A stretch of 64,000 nt of DNA from Azolla caroliniana (lineage: Eukaryota; Plantae; Polypodiophyta), in NCBI GenBank assembly GCA_043228905.1, contig JBHGNT010000024.1:310001-374000 (forward strand). Reading direction: 5' to 3'. A program made the translations under genes and the position numbers. Positions 12,994 to 26,400 of this stretch are shown piece after piece; the stretch's first letter is position 1, and every line of letters begins with the position of its first letter. Below the pieces are notes generated by a model, which was not told where the DNA came from, searched no databases, and saw nothing but the letters and a program-made list of their open reading frames with translations.

Positions 12994-15900
12994 CTCAGGT
13001 CGAGAGACATGACGAAAATAGCAAACTTGAGGAGGGAGTTGAGAAGAGCCCTTGAGTAAATTAAAATGTTCATACCTGGCTCGTGCGATATCGGATTTTT
13101 GTGTTCAAACATGCAAATCGAAGCTAGCAATGCTAGCTAGGATATGGAATTAAAAAATCAAGATTTTAAAACTCAAGTCCAGAGACATGACGAAATTACC
13201 TAATCTGAGGAGTGAGTTGAGAAGAGCTAGTAGGTAAATTTAAATGTTCATACCTGGCTCGTGTCATATCGGATTTATGTGTTCAAATATGCGAATCGAA
13301 GCTAACAACGCTAGCTATGATATGGAATTAAAAAATCAAGATTTTGAAATTAAGGTCGAGAGACATGACGAAAATAGCAAACTTGAGGAGGGAGTTGAGA
13401 AGAGCCCTTGAGTAAATTAAAATGTTCATACCTGGCTCGTGTGATATCGAATTTTTGTGTTCAAACATGCGAATCGAAGCTAACAACGCTACCTATGATA
13501 TGGAATTAAAAAATCAAGATTTTAAAACTCAGGTCGAGAGACATGACGAAAATAGCAAACTTGAGGAGGGAGTTGAGAGGAGCCCTTGAGTAAATTAAAA
13601 TGTTCATACCTGGCTCGTGTGATATCGGATTTTTGTGTTCAAACATGCGAATCGAAGCTAACAACGCTACCTATGATATGGAATTAAAAAATCAAGATTT
13701 TAAAACTCAGGTCGAGAGACATAACGAAAATAGCAAACTTGAGGAGGGAGTTGAGAGGAGCCCTTGAGTAAAGTAAAATGTTCATACCTGGCTCGTGTTA
13801 TATCGGATTTTTGTGTTCAAACATGCGAATCGAAGCTAACAACGCTACCTATGATATGGAATTAAAAAATCAAGATTTTAAAACTCAGGTCGAGAGACAT
13901 AACGAAAATAGCAAACTTGAGGAGGGAGTTGAGAGGAGCCCTTGAGTAAAGTAAAATGTTCATACCTGGCTCGTGTGATATCGGATTTTTGTGTTCAAAC
14001 ATGCGAATCGAAGCTAACAACGCTACCTATGATATGGAATTAAAAAATCAAGATTTTAAAACTTAGGTCGAGAGACATGACGAAAATAGCAAACCTTAGG
14101 AGGGAGTTGAGAGGAGCCCTTGAGTAAATTAAAATGTTCATACCTGGCTCGTGTCATATCGGATTTACGTGTTCAAATATGCGAATCGAAGCTAACAACG
14201 CTAGCTATGATATGGAATTAAAAAATCAAGAATTTGAAACTCAGGTCGAGAGACATGACGAAAATAGCAAACTTGAGGAGGGAGTTGAGAAGAGCCCTTG
14301 AGTAAATTAAAATGTTCATACCTGGCTCGTGTGATATCGCATTTTTGTGTTCAAACATGCGAATCGAAGCTAACAACGCTACCTATGATATGGAAAGAAA
14401 AAATCAAGATTTTGAAACTCAGGTCGAGAGACATAACGAAAATAGCAAACTTGAGGAGGGAGTTGAGAGGAGCCCTTGAGTAAATTAAAATGTTCATACC
14501 TGGCTCTTGTGATAACGGATTTTTGTGTTCAAACATGCGAATCGAAGCTAACAACGCTAGCTATGATATGGAATTTAAAAATCAAGATTTTAAAAGTCAA
14601 GTCCAGAGACATGACCACAATAGCAAACTTGAGGAGGGGGTTGAGAGGAGCCCTTGAGTAAATTAAAATGTTCATACCTGGCTCGTGTGATATCGGATTT
14701 TTGTGTTCAAACATGCAAATCGAAGCTAACAATGCTAGCTATGATATGGAATTAAAAAATCAAGATTTTAAAACTCAAGTCCAGAGACATGACGAAAATA
14801 GCAAACTTGAGGAGGGAGTTGAGAGGAGCCCTTGAGTAAAGTAAAATGTTCATACCTGGCTCGTGTGATATCGGATTTTTGTGTTCAAACATGCGAATCG
14901 AAGCTGGCGACGCTTCCTATGATATGGAATTTAAAAATCAAGATTTTGAAACTCAGGTCGAGAGACATGACGAAAATAACAAACCTTAGGAGGGAGTTGA
15001 GAGGAGCCCTTGAGTAAAGTAAAATGTTCATACCTGGCTCGTGTGATATCGGATTTTTGTGTTCAAACATGCGAATCGAAGCTAACAACGCTACCTATGA
15101 TATGGAATTAAAAAATCAAGATTTTAAAACTCAGGTCGAGAGACATAACGAAAATAGCAAACTTGAGGAGGGAGTTGAGAGGAGCCCTTGAGTAAAGTAA
15201 AATGTTCATACCTGGCTCGTGTGATATCGGATTTTTGTGTTCAAACATGCGAATCGAAGCTAACAACGCTACCTATGATATGGAATTAAAAAATCAAGAT
15301 TTTAAAACTTAGGTCGAGAGACATGACGAAAATAGCAAACCTTAGGAGGGAGTTGAGAGGAGCCCTTGAGTAAATTAAAATGTTCATACCTGGCTCGTGT
15401 CATATCGGATTTACGTGTTCAAATATGCGAATCGAAGCTAACAACGCTAGCTATGATATGGAATTAAAAAATCAAGATTTTGAAACTCAGGTCGAGAGAC
15501 ATGACGAAAATAGCAAACTTGAGGAGGGAGTTGAGAAGAGCCCTTGAGTAAATTAAAATGTTCATACCTGGCTCGTGCGATATCGGATTTTTGTGTTCAA
15601 ACATGCAAATCGAAGCTAGCAATGCTAGCTAGGATATGGAATTAAAAAATCAAGATTTTAAAACTCAAGTCCAGAGACATGACGAAATTACCTAATCTGA
15701 GGAGTGAGTTGAGAAGAGCTAGTAGGTAAATTTAAATGTTCATACCTGGCTCGTGTCATATCGGATTTATGTGTTCAAATATGCGAATCGAAGCTAACAA
15801 CGCTAGCTATGATATGGAATTAAAAAATCAAGATTTTGAAATTAAGGTCGAGAGACATGACGAAAATAGCAAACTTGAGGAGGGAGTTGAGAAGAGCCCT

Positions 15901-16640
15901 TGAGTAAATTAAAATGTTCATACCTGGCTCGTGTGATATCGAATTTTTGTGTTCAAACATGCGAATCGAAGCTAACAACGCTACCTATGATATGGAATTA
16001 AAAAATCAAGATTTTAAAACTCAGGTCGAGAGACATGACGAAAATAGCAAACTTGAGGAGGGAGTTGAGAGGAGCCCTTGAGTAAATTAAAATGTTCATA
16101 CCTGGCTCGTGTGATATCGGATTTTTGTGTTCAAACATGCGAATCGAAGCTAACAACGCTACCTATGATATGGAATTAAAAAATCAAGATTTTAAAACTC
16201 AGGTCGAGAGACATAACGAAAATAGCAAACTTGAGGAGGGAGTTGAGAGGAGCCCTTGAGTAAAGTAAAATGTTCATACCTTGCTCGTGTTATATCGGAT
16301 TTTTGTGTTCAAACATGCGAATCGAAGCTAACAACGCTACCTATGATATGGAATTAAAAAATCAAGATTTTAAAACTCAGGTCGAGAGACATAACGAAAA
16401 TAGCAAACTTGAGGAGGGAGTTGAGAGGAGCCCTTGAGTAAAGTAAAATGTTCATACCTGGCTCGTGTGATATCGGATTTTTGTGTTCAAACATGCGAAT
16501 CGAAGCTAACAACGCTACCTATGATATGGAATTAAAAAATCAAGATTTTAAAACTTAGGTCGAGAGACATGACGAAAATAGCAAACCTTAGGAGGGAGTT
16601 GAGAGGAGCCCTTGAGTAAATTAAAATGTTCATACCTGGC
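12994..16640 (+). repeat. Duplicated ~6.5-monomer block at 14-monomer spacing (2492 bp) with 7-monomer sub-period
   Basis: GCTAGCTAGGAT at ~13140/15632 and TTAAGGTCG at 13350/15842 (2492 = 14x178); ACTTAGGTCG at 14061, 15307, 16553 (1246 = 7x178 steps). Confidence 0.8.
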
Positions 16641-19600
16641 TCGTGTGGTATCGGATTTTTGTGTTCAAACATGCGAATCGAAGCTAACAATGCTAGCTAT
16701 TATATGGAATTAAAAAATCAAGATTTTAAAACTCAAGTCCAGAGACATGACCAAATTACCTAATTTGAGGAGTGAGTTGAGAAGAGCTAGTAGGTAAATT
16801 TAAATGTTCATACCTGGCTCGTGTCATATCGGATTTATGTGTTCAAATATGCGAATCGAAGCTAACAACGCTAGCTATGATATGGAATTAAAAAATCAAG
16901 ATTTTGAAACTCAGGTCGAGAGACATGACGAAAATAGCAAACTTGAGGAGGGAGTTGAGAAGAGCCCTTGAGTAAATTAAAATGTTCAGACCTGGCTCGT
17001 GTGATATCGAATTTTTGTGTTCAAACATGCGAATCGAAGCTAACAACGCTACCTATGATATGGAATTAAAAAATCAAGATTTTAGAACTCAGGTCGAGAG
17101 ACATGACGAAAATAGCAAGCTTGAGGAGGGAGTTGAGAGGAGCCCTTGAGTAAATTAAAATGTTCATACCTGGCTCGTGTGATATCGGATTTTTGTGTTC
17201 AAACATGCGAATCGAAGCTAACAATGCTAGCTATGATATGGAATTAAAAAATCAAGATTTTAAAACTCAAGTCCAGAGACATGACGAAATTACCTAATTT
17301 GAGGAGTGAGTTGAGAAGAGCTAGTAGGTAAATTTAAATGTTCATACCTGGCTCGTGTCATATCGGATTTATGTGTTCAAATATGCGAATCGAAGCTAAC
17401 AACGCTAGCTATGATATGGAATTAAAAAATCAAGATTTTGAAACTCAGGTCGAGAGACATGACGAAAATAGCAAACTTGAGGAGGGAGTTGAGAAGGGCC
17501 CTTGAGTAAATTAAAATGTTCATACCTGGCTCGTGTGATATCGGATTTTTGTGTTCAAACATGCGAATCGAAGCTAACAACGCTACCTATGATATGGAAT
17601 TAAAAAATCAAGATTTTAAAACTCAGGTCGAGAGACATGACGAAAATAGCAAACTTGAGGAGGGAGTTGAGAGGAGCCCTTGAGTAAAGTAAAATGTTCA
17701 TACCTGGCTCCTGTGATATCGGATTTTTGTATTCAAACATGCGAATCGAAGCTAACAACGCTACCTATGATATGGAATTAAAAACTCAAGATTTTGAAAC
17801 TCAAGTCCAGAGACATGACGAAATTACCTAATTTGAGGAGTGAGTTGAGAAGAGCTAGTAGGTAAATTTAAATGTTCATACCTGGCTCGTGTCATATCGG
17901 ATTTATGTGTTCAAATATGCGAATCGAAGCTAACAACGCTAGCTATGATATGGAATTAAAAAATCAAGATTTTAAAACTCAAGTCCAGAGACATGACGAA
18001 ATTACCTAATTTGAGGAGTGAGTTGAGAAGAGCTAGTAGGTAAATTAAAATGTTCATACCTGGCTCGTGTCATATCGGATTTATGTGTTCAAATATGTGA
18101 ATCGAAGCTAACAACGTTAGCTATGATATGGAATTAAAAAATCAAGATTTTGAAACTCAGGTCGAGAGACATGACGAAAATAGCAAACTTGAGGAGGGAG
18201 TTGACAAGAGCCCTTGAGTAAATTAAAATGTTCATACCTGGTTCGTGTGATATCGAATTTTTGTGTTCAAACATGCGAATCGAAGCTAACAACGCTAGCT
18301 ATGATATGGAATTAAAAAATCAAGATTTTGAAACTCAAGTCCAGAGACATGACGAAATTACCTAATTTGAGGAGTGAGTTGAGAAGAGCTAGTAGGTAAA
18401 TTTAAATGTTCATACCTGGCTCGTGTCATATCGGATTTATGTGTTCAAATATGCGAATCGAAGCTAACAACGCTAGCTATGATATAGAATTAAAAAATCA
18501 AGATTTTAAAACTCAAGTCCAGAGACATTACGAAATTACCTAATTTGAGGAGTGAGTTGAGAAGAGCTAGTAGGTAAATTAAAATGTTCATACCTGGCTC
18601 GTGTCATATCGGATTTATGTGTTCAAATATGCGAATCGAAGCTAACAACGTTAGCTATGATATGGAATTAAAAAATCAAGATTTTGAAACTCAGGTCGAG
18701 AGACATGATGAAAATAGCAAACTTGAGGAGGGAGTTGAGAAGAGCCCTTGAGTAAATTAAAATGTTCATACTTGGCTCGTGTGATATCGAATTTTTCTGT
18801 TCAAACATGCGAATCGAAGCTAACAACGCTACCTACGATATGGAATTAAAAAATCAAGATTTTGAAACTCAAGTCCAGAGACATGACGAAATTACCTAAT
18901 TTGAGGAGTGAGTTGAGAAGAGCTAGTAGGTAAATTTAAATGTTCATACCTGGCTCGTGTCATATCGGATTTATGTGTTCAAATATGAGAATCGAAGCTA
19001 ACAACGCTAGCTATGATATGGAATTAAAAAATCAAGATTTTAAAACTCAAGTCCAGAGACATGACGAAATTACCTAATTTGAGGAGTGAGTTGAGAAGAG
19101 CTAGTAGGTAAATTAAAATGTACATACCTGGCTCGTGTCATATCGGATTTATGTGTTCAAATATGCAAATCGAAGATAACAACGTTAGCTATGATATGGA
19201 ATTAAAAAATCAAGATTTTGAAACTCAGGTCGAGAGACATGACGAAAATAGCAAACTTGAGGAGGGAGTTGAGAAGAGCCCTTGAGTAAATTAAAACGTT
19301 CATACCTGGCTCGTGTGATATCGAATTTTTGTGTTCAAACATGCGAATCGAAGCTAACAACGCTACCTATGATATGGAATTAAAAAATCAAGATTTTAAA
19401 ACTCAGGTCGAGAGACATGACGAAAATAGCAAACTTGAGGAGGGAGTTGAGAGGAGCCCTTGAGTAAAGTAAAATGTTCATACCTGGCTCGTGTGATATG
19501 GAATTTTTGTGTTCAAACATGCGAATCGAAGCTAACAACGCTACCTATGATATGGAATTAAAAAATCAAGATTTTGAAACTCAAGTCGAGAGACATGACG

Positions 19601-22600
19601 AAAATAGCAAACTTGAGGAGGGAGTTGAGAAGAGCTAGTAGGTAAATTAAAATGTTCATACCTGGCTCGTGTCATATCGGATTTATGTGTTCAAATATGC
19701 GAATCGAAGCTAACAACGCTAGCTATGATATGGAATTAAAAAATCAAGATTTTGAAATTCAGGTCGAGAGACATGACGAAAATAGCAAACTTGAGGAGGG
19801 AGTTGAGAAGATCCCTTGAGTAAATTAAAATGTTCATACCTGGCTCGTGTGATATCGAATTTTTGTGTTCAAACATCCGAATCGAAGCGAACAATGCTAG
19901 CTATGATATGGAATTAAAAAATCAAGATTTTAAAACTCAAGTCCAGAGACATGACGAAAATAGCAAACTTGAGGAGGGAGTTGAGAGGAGCCCTTGAGTA
20001 AAGTAAAATGTTCATACCTGGCTCGTGTGATATTGGATTTTTGTGTTCAAACATGCGAATCGAAGCTGGCGACGCTTCCTATGACATGGAATTAAAAAAT
20101 CAAGATTTTGAAACTCAGGTCGAGAGACATGACGAAAATAACAAACCTTAGGAGGGAGTTGAGAGGAGCCCTTGAGTAAATTAAAATGTTCATACCTGGC
20201 TCGTGTGATATCGGATTTTTGTGTTCAAACATGCAAATCGAAGCTAACAATGCTAGCTATGATATGGAATTAAAAAATCAAGATTTTAAAACTCAAGTCC
20301 AGAGACATGACGAAAATAGCAAACTTGAGGAGGGAGTTGAGAGGAGCCCTTGAGTAAAGTAAAATGTTCATACCTGGTTCGTGTGATATCGAATTTTTGT
20401 GTTCAAACATGCGAATCGAAGCTAACAACGCTACCTATGATATGGAATTAAAAAATCAAGATTTTAAAACTCAGGTCGAGAGACATGACGAAAATAGCAA
20501 ACTTGAGGAGGGAGTTGAGAGGAGCCCTTGAGTAAATTAAAATGTTCATACCTTGCTCGTGTGATATCGGATTTTTGTGTTCAAACATGCAAATCGAAGC
20601 TAGCAACGCTAGTTATGATATGGAATTAAAAAATCAGGATTTTGAAACTCAGGTAGAGAGACATGACGAAAATAGCAAACTTGAGGAGGGAGTTGAGAAG
20701 AGCCCTTGAGTAAATTAAAATGTTCATACCTGGCTCGTGCGATATCGAATTTTTGTGTTCAAACATGCGAATCGAAGCTAACAACGCTACCTATGATATG
20801 GAATTAAAAAATCAAGATTTTAGAACTCAGGTCGAGAGACATGACGAAAATAGCAAGCTTGAGGAGGGAGTTGAGAGGAGCCCTTGAGTAAATTAAAATG
20901 TTCATACCTGGCTCGTGTAATATCGAATTTTTCTGTTCAAACATGCGAATCGAAGCTAACAACGCTACCTACGATATGGAATTAAAAAATCAAGATTTTG
21001 AAACTCAAGTCCAGAGACATGACGAAATTACCTAATTTGAGGAGTGAGTTGAGAAGAGCTAGTAGGTAAATTTAAATGTTCATACCTGGCTCGTGTCATA
21101 TCGGATTTATGTGTTCAAATATGAGAATCGAAGCTAACAACGCTAGCTATGATATGGAATTAAAAAATCAAGATTTTAAAACTCAAGTCCAGAGACATGA
21201 CGAAATTACCTAATTTGAGGAGTGAGTTGAGAAGAGCTAGTAGGTAAATTAAAATGTACATACCTGGCTCGTGTCATATCGGATTTATGTGTTCAAATAT
21301 GCGAATCGAAGATAACAACGTTAGCTATGATATGGAATTAAAAAATCAAGATTTTGAAACTCAGGTCGAGAGACATGACGAAAATAGCAAACTTGAGGAG
21401 GGAGTTGAGAAGAGCCCTTGAGTAAATTAAAACGTTCATACCTGGCTCGTGTGATATCGAATTTTTGTGTTCAAACATGCGAATCGAAGCTAACAACGCT
21501 ACCTATGATATGGAATTAAAAAATCAAGATTTTAAAACTCAGGTCGAGAGACATGACGAAAATAGCAAACTTGAGGAGGGAGTTGAGAGGAGCCCTTGAG
21601 TAAAGTAAAATGTTCATACCTGGCTCGTGTGATATCGAATTTTTGTGTTCAAACATGCGAATCGAAGCTAACAACGCTACCTATGATATGGAATTAAAAA
21701 ATCAAGATTTTGAAACTCAAGTCCAGAGACATGACGAAAATAGCAAACTTGAGGAGGGAGTTGAGAAGAGCCCTTGAGTAAATTAAAACGTTCATACCTG
21801 GCTCGTGTGATATCGAATTTTTGTGTTCAAACATGCGAATCGAAGCTAACAACGCTACCTATGATATGGAATTAAAAAATCAAGATTTTGAAACTCAGGT
21901 CGAGAGACATGACGAAAATAGCAAACTTGAGGAGGGAGTTGACAAGAGCCCTTGAGTAAATTAAAATGTTCATACCTGGTTCGTGTGATATCGAATTTTT
22001 GTGTTCAAACATGCGAATCGAAGCTAACAACGCTAGCTATGATATGGAATTAAAAAATCAAGATTTTGAAACTCAAGTCCAGAGACATGACGAAATTACC
22101 TAATTTGAGGAGTGAGTTGAGAAGAGCTAGTAGGTAAATTTAAATGTTCATACCTGGCTCGTGTCATATCGGATTTATGTGTTCAAATATGCGAATCGAA
22201 GCTAACAACGCTAGCTATGATATGGAATTAAAAAATCAAGATTTTAAAACTCAAGTCCAGAGACATGACGAAATTACCTAATTTGAGGAGTGAGTTGAGA
22301 AGAGCTAGTAGGTAAATTAAAATGTTCATACCTGGCTCGTGTCATATCGGATTTATGTGTTCAAATATGCGAATCGAAGCTAACAACGTTAGCTATGATA
22401 TGGAATTAAAAAATCAAGATTTTGAAACTCAGGTCGAGAGACATGATGAAAATAGCAAACTTGAGGAGGGAGTTGAGAAGAGCCCTTGAGTAAATTAAAA
22501 TGTTCATACTTGGCTCGTGTGATATCGAATTTTTGTATTCAAACATGCGAATCGAAGCTAACAACGCTAGCTATGATATGGAATTAAAAAATCAAGATTT

Positions 22601-23495
22601 TAAAACTCAGGTCGAGAGACATGACGAAAATAGCAAACTTGAGGAGGGAGTTGAGAGGAGCCCTTGAGTAAATTAAAATGTTCATACCTGGCTCGTGCGA
22701 TATCGAATTTTTGTGTTCAAACATGCGAATCGAAGCTAACAACGCTACCTATGATATGGAATTAAAAAATCAAGATTTTAGAACTCAGGTCGAGAGACAT
22801 GACGAAAATAGCAAGCTTGAGGAGGGAGTTGAGAGGAGCCCTTGAGTAAATTAAAATGTTCATACCTGGCTCGTGTGATATCGGATTTTTGTGTTCAAAC
22901 ATGCGAATCGAAGCTAACAACGCTACCTACGATATGGAATTAAAAAATCAAGATTTTGAAACTCAAGTCCAGAGACATGACGAAATTACCTAATTTGAGG
23001 AGTGAGTTGAGAAGAGCTAGTAGGTAAATTTAAATGTTCATACCTGGCTCGTGTCATATCGGATTTATGTGTTCAAATATGAGAATCGAAGCTAACAACG
23101 CTAGCTATGATATGGAATTAAAAAATCAAGATTTTAAAACTCAAGTCCAGAGACATGACGAAATTACCTAATTTGAGGAGTGAGTTGAGAAGAGCTAGTA
23201 GGTAAATTAAAATGTACATACCTGGCTCGTGTCATATCGGATTTATGTGTTCAAATATGCGAATCGAAGATAACAACGTTAGCTATGATATGGAATTAAA
23301 AAATCAAGATTTTGAAACTCAGGTCGAGAGACATGACGAAAATAGCAAACTTGAGGAGGGAGTTGAGAAGAGCCCTTGAGTAAATTAAAACGTTCATACC
23401 TGGCTCGTGTGATATCGAATTTTTGTGTTCAAACATGCGAATCGAAGCTAACAACGCTACCTATGATATGGAATTAAAAAATCAAGATTTTAGAA

Positions 23496-26400
23496 CTCAG
23501 GTCGAGAGACATGACGAAAATAGCAAGCTTGAGGAGGGAGTTGAGAGGAGCCCTTGAGTAAATTAAAATGTTCATACCTGGCTCGTGTAATATCGAATTT
23601 TTCTGTTCAAACATGCGAATCGAAGCTAACAACGCTACCTACGATATGGAATTAAAAAATCAAGATTTTGAAACTCAAGTCCAGAGACATGACGAAATTA
23701 CCTAATTTGAGGAGTGAGTTGAGAAGAGCTAGTAGGTAAATTTAAATGTTCATACCTGGCTCGTGTCATATCGGATTTATGTGTTCAAATATGAGAATCG
23801 AAGCTAACAACGCTAGCTATGATATGGAATTAAAAAATCAAGATTTTAAAACTCAAGTCCAGAGACATGACGAAATTACCTAATTTGAGGAGTGAGTTGA
23901 GAAGAGCTAGTAGGTAAATTAAAATGTACATACCTGGCTCGTGTCATATCGGATTTATGTGTTCAAATATGCGAATCGAAGATAACAACGTTAGCTATGA
24001 TATGGAATTAAAAAATCAAGATTTTGAAACTCAGGTCGAGAGACATGACGAAAATAGCAAACTTGAGGAGGGAGTTGAGAAGAGCCCTTGAGTAAATTAA
24101 AACGTTCATACCTGGCTCGTGTGATATCGAATTTTTGTGTTCAAACATGCGAATCGAAGCTAACAACGCTACCTATGATATGGAATTAAAAAATCAAGAT
24201 TTTAAAACTCAGGTCGAGAGACATGACGAAAATAGCAAACTTGAGGAGGGAGTTGAGAGGAGCCCTTGAGTAAAGTAAAATGTTCATACCTGGCTCGTGT
24301 GATATCGAATTTTTGTGTTCAAACATGCGAATCGAAGCTAACAACGCTACCTATGATATGGAATTAAAAAATCAAGATTTTGAAACTCAAGTCCAGAGAC
24401 ATGACGAAAATAGCAAACTTGAGGAGGGAGTTGAGAAGAGCCCTTGAGTAAATTAAAACGTTCATACCTGGCTCGTGTGATATCGAATTTTTGTGTTCAA
24501 ACATGCGAATCGAAGCTAACAACGCTACCTATGATATGGAATTAAAAAATCAAGATTTTGAAACTCAGGTCGAGAGACATGACGAAAATAGCAAACTTGA
24601 GGAGGGAGTTGACAAGAGCCCTTGAGTAAATTAAAATGTTCATACCTGGTTCGTGTGATATCGAATTTTTGTGTTCAAACATGCGAATCGAAGCTAACAA
24701 CGCTAGCTATGATATGGAATTAAAAAATCAAGATTTTGAAACTCAAGTCCAGAGACATGACGAAATTACCTAATTTGAGGAGTGAGTTGAGAAGAGCTAG
24801 TAGGTAAATTTAAATGTTCATACCTGGCTCGTGTCATATCGGATTTATGTGTTCAAATATGCGAATCGAAGCTAACAACGCTAGCTATGATATGGAATTA
24901 AAAAATCAAGATTTTAAAACTCAAGTCCAGAGACATGACGAAATTACCTAATTTGAGGAGTGAGTTGAGAAGAGCTAGTAGGTAAATTAAAATGTTCATA
25001 CCTGGCTCGTGTCATATCGGATTTATGTGTTCAAATATGCGAATCGAAGCTAACAACGTTAGCTATGATATGGAATTAAAAAATCAAGATTTTGAAACTC
25101 AGGTCGAGAGACATGATGAAAATAGCAAACTTGAGGAGGGAGTTGAGAAGAGCCCTTGAGTAAATTAAAATGTTCATACTTGGCTCGTGTGATATCGAAT
25201 TTTTGTATTCAAACATGCGAATCGAAGCTAACAACGCTAGCTATGATATGGAATTAAAAAATCAAGATTTTAAAACTCAGGTCGAGAGACATGACGAAAA
25301 TAGCAAACTTGAGGAGGGAGTTGAGAGGAGCCCTTGAGTAAAGTAAAATGTTCATACCTGGCTCGTGTGATATCGGATTTTTGTGTTCAAACATGCGAAT
25401 CGAAGCTAATAACGCTAGCTATGATATGGAATTAAAAAATCAAGATTTTGAAACTCAGGTCGAGAGACATGACGAAAATAGCAAACTTGAGGAGGGAGTT
25501 GAGAAGAGCCCTTGAGTAAATTAAAACGTTCATACCTGGCTCGTGTGATATCGAATTTTTGTGTTCAAACATGCGAATCGAAGCTAACAACGCTACCTAT
25601 GATATGGAATTAAAAAATCAAGATTTTAAAACTCAGGCCGAGAGACATGACGAAAATAGCAAACTTGAGGAGGGAGTTGAGAGGAGCCCTTGAGTAAAGT
25701 AAACTGTTCATACCTGGCTCGTGTGCTATCGAATTTTTGTGTTCAAACATGCGAATCGAAGCTAACAACGCTACCTATGATATGGAATTAAAAAATCAAG
25801 ATTTTGAAACTCAAGTCGAGAGACATGACGAAAATAGCAAACTTGAGGAGGGAGTTGAGAAGAGCTAGTAGGTAAATTAAAATGTTCATACCTGGCTCGT
25901 GTCATATCGGATTTATGTGTTCAAATATGCGAATCGAAGCTAACAACGCTAGCTATGATATGGAATTAAAAAATCATGATTTTGAAATTCAGGTCGAGAG
26001 ACATGACGAAAATAGCAAACTTGAGGAGGGAGTTGAGAAGATCCCTTCAGTAAATTAAAATGTTCATACCTGGCTCGTGTGATATCGAATTTTTGTGTTC
26101 AAACATGCGAATCGAAGCTAACAACGCTACCTATGATATGGAATTAAAAAATCAAGATTTTAAAACTCAGGTCGAGAGACATGACGAAAATAGCAAACTT
26201 GAGGAGGGAGTTGAGAGGAGCCCTTGAGTAAATTAAAATGTTCATACCTTGCTCGTGTGATATCGGATTTTTGTGTTCAAACATGCAAATCGAAGCTAGC
26301 AACGCTAGTTATGATATGGAATTAAAAAATCAGGATTTTGAAACTCAGGTAGAGAGACATGACGAAAATAGCAAACTTGAGGAGGGAGTTGAGAAGAGCC

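Noticed and set aside
415-15088. Recurrent 61-aa (+) and 67-aa (-) ORFs
   Set aside because: Each is about one monomer long, overlaps its antisense partner, starts at TTG and exists only where a substitution in GGAATTAAAA removes a TAA stop; no recognisable domain. Satellite by-product.
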